Source: Candidatus Omnitrophota bacterium
GTDB taxonomy: Bacteria > Omnitrophota > Gorgyraeia > S143-82
Reading direction: 5' to 3'
Assembly (NCBI GenBank): GCA_015494465.1
Contig: WGBD01000001.1
Location: 180,477 to 244,476, forward strand
Length of the DNA: 64,000 nucleotides
Of the stretch, positions 32,201 to 38,200 are shown piece after piece; the first letter of the stretch is position 1, and each line of letters begins with the position of its first letter. A program made the translations under genes and the position numbers. Under the pieces are notes generated by a model. The model searched no databases. It was given only the letters and a program-made list of their open reading frames with translations, and was not told the DNA's origin.

Positions 32201-35200
32201 CGGTGACTGTGCGACTTTGTGTGCATAATAGTCTGAAGACACCTGAAAGAGTACAGACGGCCGGATGTATTCAGCGGTCAAACCCTGCTTTTTAAGCCCC
32301 TCAAGGGAATTAGACCAACTGTAATTTTTGAAATACTGCCTGAATGCAGTATCCTGCAAACTCCTGTTTACGAATGAAATCGTGGTCTCTTGAGGGCGCA
32401 GAGCCTTCAGAGCGACTGCACTCTTGCCCATAAAGAGGCCCTTTTCCTCATACCTGACCAGCCCTTTCTTCTCGTCAAGGTTGGGGATAAATGCACGCCA
32501 CTCTTTCCCGCTGAGGTCTTGTAAGGCCTTTACGGTGAGCATGCGATCGTCACCGGCCAGATAAACCCCGTTTTTGCCAGCACTCGTGTCGATGTGTACA
32601 CCGTAAACCATTTTTGCTATACTCACCAGCCCGCGACGATCCCTCACCTTATCGCCCCAAGTCCAACCCCGAACGATGTTCACACCTTTGATATCACCAC
32701 TTGGGCCCCGCACAATCGCCGTCGGGAATATAGGCCGGGTCTTTCCGTCGGAGAAGTAGAAGTAATCCTTGGCCATTGCCAGATTGCCTGCAAATCTCCC
32801 GGTGGCATTGGCGACCGTACCCAGTCCGGTGAGAGACCACTCGACCCCCTTTGCACGGACTATATCGCCTTCTTTGTACACCCTTGCCCCGGCCCGGGTA
32901 GCCTCAACGGGACCCTTGGGTTTGGGAGAAGAAGGAACCGCTATCACATTCACCAAGACAGGCAAGTCCCCCTTTATGTTCACGGCACCCGCATTGACCT
33001 GAACCTTTTGCGTCACCAATTCCTGCCTACCATGCGCTACCTTGATGTTCAGGTCCCCCCTTATCCCCGTCCCCCCTCCGGTCAGCGCTACGATGTCTGC
33101 CTTCTTCGAAGAAAGTGAGAGGGTACCTATCCCGATACCCAATTCATTGAGTGCCTTCATTTCCTTATCGGTTAATGTTTCCCCCTTATAGGCCTTTATG
33201 ATAGCGTCCTTCACCTCCCGGGAAATCTTTAGAGCATTCAACTTTTCAGCGAGATCTTCAACTCCCTTGGCAGTCTCAAAAATACCCTTGATCTGATTAT
33301 TTGTCACCTCCCTTGCCAGCAATACCTGCTTCTGAGAGGCGAGGTTGTACATATTGGCAACAGTGGTTCCACCCGTGAGATTTACGCCTCCAAAACCGGT
33401 TACCCTATCGTATGTAGCGCCTCTGTTGATGTTCTGCAAAACCTCAATGTTCTGCACGGGAGTCTTCGCACTTCGGCCGGTATTAAAGGTCCCCACGAGG
33501 AGGTAATTGGCGTTCTCGACATCGCCGGTAAACCTCAACTTGACCGCGTTGCTCTGGTAGGCACTGAGGGTGCCATACATGTTGGTCATAAAGATGGTAA
33601 GCCTCTGATCCGTGGCAAGAAGACCTGCTCCCTCTTTTCTAACCTTTACTTCAATTGTACTGATACCTCCGCTGGACCCCGAACCGGGGGAGGAGCCGGG
33701 TCCTGCCGACAAGAAGGGCACGAACCAGTTCTCTCCCTCTACCTTCCAGGCGTTGTGGGCTCTATCATAACTGAGATTACTCTGTCTCCAATTGCTCACC
33801 CCATCTACCTTAAAGGCTACCTTAAGACCCTTTCCACCCGCTAAAGTAAGATTTCCACCCCGTAGTTTGTACTTTGCCTCTTCAAACTTAAGTCGGCCCT
33901 CCTTAATCCGCCGGACATTGGCAGCCTCCTTTACATTCCCGACATCCGGAGTCTGGACCTTGACCCAACCGCGTTTACCCTCAAACGGGATCTGGATCCA
34001 CACCACCTGTCCCTCATTAACCCCCGAAAACTTTACTTCACCATTAGGATTAAAGGTCGCGGTCATTTTGTTAGTGAAGGCCACCTGATTTACGACATTG
34101 GGAGCGCCGTTCTTCCCGGTGCCATAGGTAATTGGCATTCGATCCGCGGTTTCTCCATGGATGGTGATATTTGTCAACACCCGACGATCAACGAAGTCGC
34201 CGGTTACCTCCGCCGATCCCTTACCGATGCGCACGGAAGAGAAGGTGTTATTTAGTAAGATCTTAGAGGGAGGTTTGAAGTTCAATTCAGCGACGAGCTC
34301 ACTAGCCCTGCCAACAAAATCTGCCTCCGTCTTTGGGATGTCTATCTTTTTCGGTCTTCCTGCATTACCAGAGTCGGGGTTTCCTCCACTAATCCGCATA
34401 GCGTGCACGGGGAGGGTGAGTCGGTTTTTGCCATTTATAAAAGCCCGTCCAGATTTATCTACAGACATCTTGGCCTGCTGGTTTTTATAATTATTGTACG
34501 AGACAGTGACATCGAGAGGTTTCGTAGCGTTTATCCTGCGATTTATTCCCTGATCAGGCGTGACATCCCAGGTAAACGAAACACCATGCCCAAAATCAAC
34601 TTTCACCTTATGGGTTTCCCCTGTTTTTTCATCTCTCAAAACCGTGTCCAAGTGAGTGACATTATTCTGCGTAATCAATGCCCCGTGCTTGAGCACGCCT
34701 TTGTAGGAGGAGATGGCACCGGCCTCGTTAAAGTAGAAGTCCCATGCCCCTCCTTGCTCAGGACGGGCATCCATATCCACCTTATCTGCCAACAAACCGC
34801 CCAAGTAGGTCTCCTTGATAGGCCCCTGCCCTCTTACGACCAGATTCCTTGGTATGATGTCGTAGGTAGAACTCTGCGGGTTGGCAAGGGCGTTCGAGAG
34901 AGAAACCAAGAGATATCTATCTTTTGCCGGTGAATCGGGGTTTGAAGATATGACTTCCTTCACCCACTTTATATCCATAAAGCCATGGCCTTCTGGAATA
35001 GGTTGATCCTGTGGTGGCTGACCCCGAGGTGGCGCCCTATCTGGCAAGAGTCTGGTTCCCCAAACCCTGGAATAAGTCGCACTTACCCTCTTTGCCCACC
35101 AAGCACCTGCGTCTATTAAGGATTGACTAGTCCTCACCACATCCAAACCGTACACTCCTGCGCGCTCGTTGCCTTTGCTATCGTAAACCGGGATCGTAGC

Positions 35201-38200
35201 GACCATTCGCTCGGAAATATTGCCCCGATCCCAAGCAAATCTTATATTCATAGGATCAACACGGCCCTGTGGCAGATTCTTATTCCCCTGCTCTGCAAAG
35301 TCCCTCCCTATGGTCTTGTTCCCAAAAGATATAGTCGAAGAAAGCACACGGGTTGGAGTAAATGTAACGTTCATCTGAGTGATAGGCCCGCCCTGCATCT
35401 CATCGGTTATGTCGGCCTGGACATTCCAACTACCGGCGCCATAGTAGTAACGCCCATCCTTTATTCGCATTACACTGGTCTTTGCTAAGTCCTCCGGGCG
35501 CACATGCTTCACGACTCGGTGAGAGACCCTGTCCTCTCTCAGGTAGTTATCCACAGCCACAAATCCCCGGGTCTCGGGATTGGTGTATTTACCAAACTTC
35601 ACTATCAGATTTTTATTCATTGAGGCATCAAAGAGATCACCGGATCCAGAAATGCTTGTAGAACCACCGAATCCCGGAAGGGATTGGGCAATACCCTCAA
35701 ACTTTACCTTTGCTTTATCCATATAACCGAGGTTATAAGGGTTCACATCATCCCCAAGAGATGTTATAAAGTCGAACTGGAAAGGAGGCATTTCGCCTTT
35801 TGTATTACTACCGGAAGTCTGTGAAGCACCCGCACCCGTCTCTGATACAGTCTGCTGAGGCGCAGCCAATGCCACAAGAAATTTATCATCTTTACTTCTA
35901 AGCACTTTATCTTCTGGACTCAAGACCATAGACCTAGTTTCGCCTGTCTGGATGGAGTAATCCCGCCATAGGAAAGCGTCTAACGGATTATCTTCTAAAG
36001 TAGAAAATGTCTTCTCTGGGCCAAACAATAGATTTAAGGTCCATTCTTCACCTGGATAGTATGCAGTTAATTCCCCTCGAACCTCTTTCGAAGATCCTTC
36101 AAGCTTATCCATATGATAACTCAGTTTGAAACCTTCACCCCTCATAACCGTATTTACATCAAATGTAGCAGATACAGGTTTTTCAAATTGCGCCTCCGCT
36201 TCGTATCCGATGCCATTTTCCACCCTGTACCTATCAAAAGCAATGTGGCTAATTCTGGCTGCCGTGCCTGGGGCGAGTTCTAACTTATTGTCCAATACTG
36301 CCGTCCAGAACTTCTGTTTGCTTATAGGCTCTACCCACCCTGTCTTCTCAGACAGAGCAAATCCCCGCCGGATGCCGTTTATCTCAATCTCACCGGCCTT
36401 TTTACCCCAAAGCATAGTATTCCGGAAGTCAAACGCCATCCCTTCCTCTGCAAAGGGATTCACCCTCATCCCCGCCCTCAATGACGCAAAGACCTCCTTC
36501 GCTCTCACTCCCTCGTCGGCCTTCAACCTCGCCTTCCCAACATTTTCGGGTAACTCCGCAGTAAGGGCGACGACATCTCTGGACAGTTGAGTCGTCCGCA
36601 CGGATGCAAGTGCCTGTGGGGTGGGTTGTCTTTGAGGTGAGGGTGTATTCGTGGATCTGACTGTTTTATCCCAAGAAAAATGAAATATGCTTCCTTCGTC
36701 CATCCAGTATTCATCCGATTCTTTCCGATGGATAACTCCGGTGGTATACACCCATTCCCTCCCTATCTGGTGAACACCCTTCGGGAGACCCGTGCCCTTT
36801 TCAATGAGATCGTTTCTACCCCAACTGAACACCGGCACTTTTCCCTCAGGGCTTAAATAGTAAAACCTCCCACCAACTATCCCGTCGCTTAATAACATAC
36901 CCATCTCACCGGGCAAATTCCCCTTAGCAAACCTCTCCTCTAATCTCCCCAAATACGCCTTACCGGTCTCCTCCTTACGCAGGATGTTATCCAGTTGTCC
37001 AAGGTCCGTCCCCCCCGCTTCCAAGCGGCGGAAGGCCCCTAAGACCCGACCTACATTGAGCTGTCCGGAAGAGGAAAGGTAGGTTGGAACTCGATAGGAA
37101 AAGAACTTCGCATGAGTGGCTATGCCAACGGTGATGTCCTCCTCCATCCGCTCATCATAGGTGTACCTATTCTCAAAAGTGCCTACGGGGGTGTAGGTGG
37201 CCAGATCGTATAATTGACTATTATTGGCATATTCACCAGCGCGATTTACATAACCCAAGAAAGTGGTGCTATTATCCATCCAGCGGGAAAACAATCCCGC
37301 AAACGGCCCCGAACCTTTTCTTATTTTCATACCCAAAACATCTCCGAACTTGATCCCTTTCCCTTCGGATCCATATACACCATTCAATCCCACGAAGACC
37401 GGTCTTTTATCACTGAGATGAAGGGCATAAAGACCGGAGGAGAGAAATATCTTATCCATTATATTCGTAGAGACCGCGTGGGCGCCCTGAGAGACCATCC
37501 TGCCCCAGACCTCACCTGGAGTAGGGAGTAGATGATAACGCCAATCGCTGACGCCGTGCTCCTTCAACTTATCCGCTATCCCGGACATCTGGACTATCCC
37601 GGCGGCATTTGCCAATCTCATTGCATATCCACTCGAGGCTGCCTGATAAGAGGAGAAATCCCCGTAATTGCCAAGCTCCGGCGGACGCCAAGTGGCCAAG
37701 ACTCCCTTCAGTTGACGCATCGAACCCGAAAAGGCCTCTTTCCAGGTTGGCCTGCGGAGGGTCATCTTTCCGTCAGGTCCAACGACCGGATGGGTGGTAG
37801 CCTTGGCCCACAAAGCGCTGGCCCCAACCAGCGCCAAGGTGGTAACCTGTGAACTGGCATAGGGGCTTAGACCTAGTTTATCCTCCGCAAGGTCCTCCAG
37901 CTTGCCAACTGCCAAGTCCGCAATTCCACCTCTGACCCCCGATATCAACACATCCTTCCAAAACTCACTCGAAGCCAAGGACGAACCTGAATAGCCTTCA
38001 CCCGTGGAGGCAATGCCTCTTCCTACCGCAGAGCTTATGGAAGTGCTGACCAATCCCCTCAGGAAGTTGTCTTTTACCCACCCCTTCTTCTCCGCGAGGC
38101 CAGTAACTGCCAATCCCACGCCCTCCGAACCCCATTGAGAGAGGTTAGTTCTAGAAAAAGCATCTTTAATCCCCCGTCCAAAGCCTCCCTTAGTCAAGGG

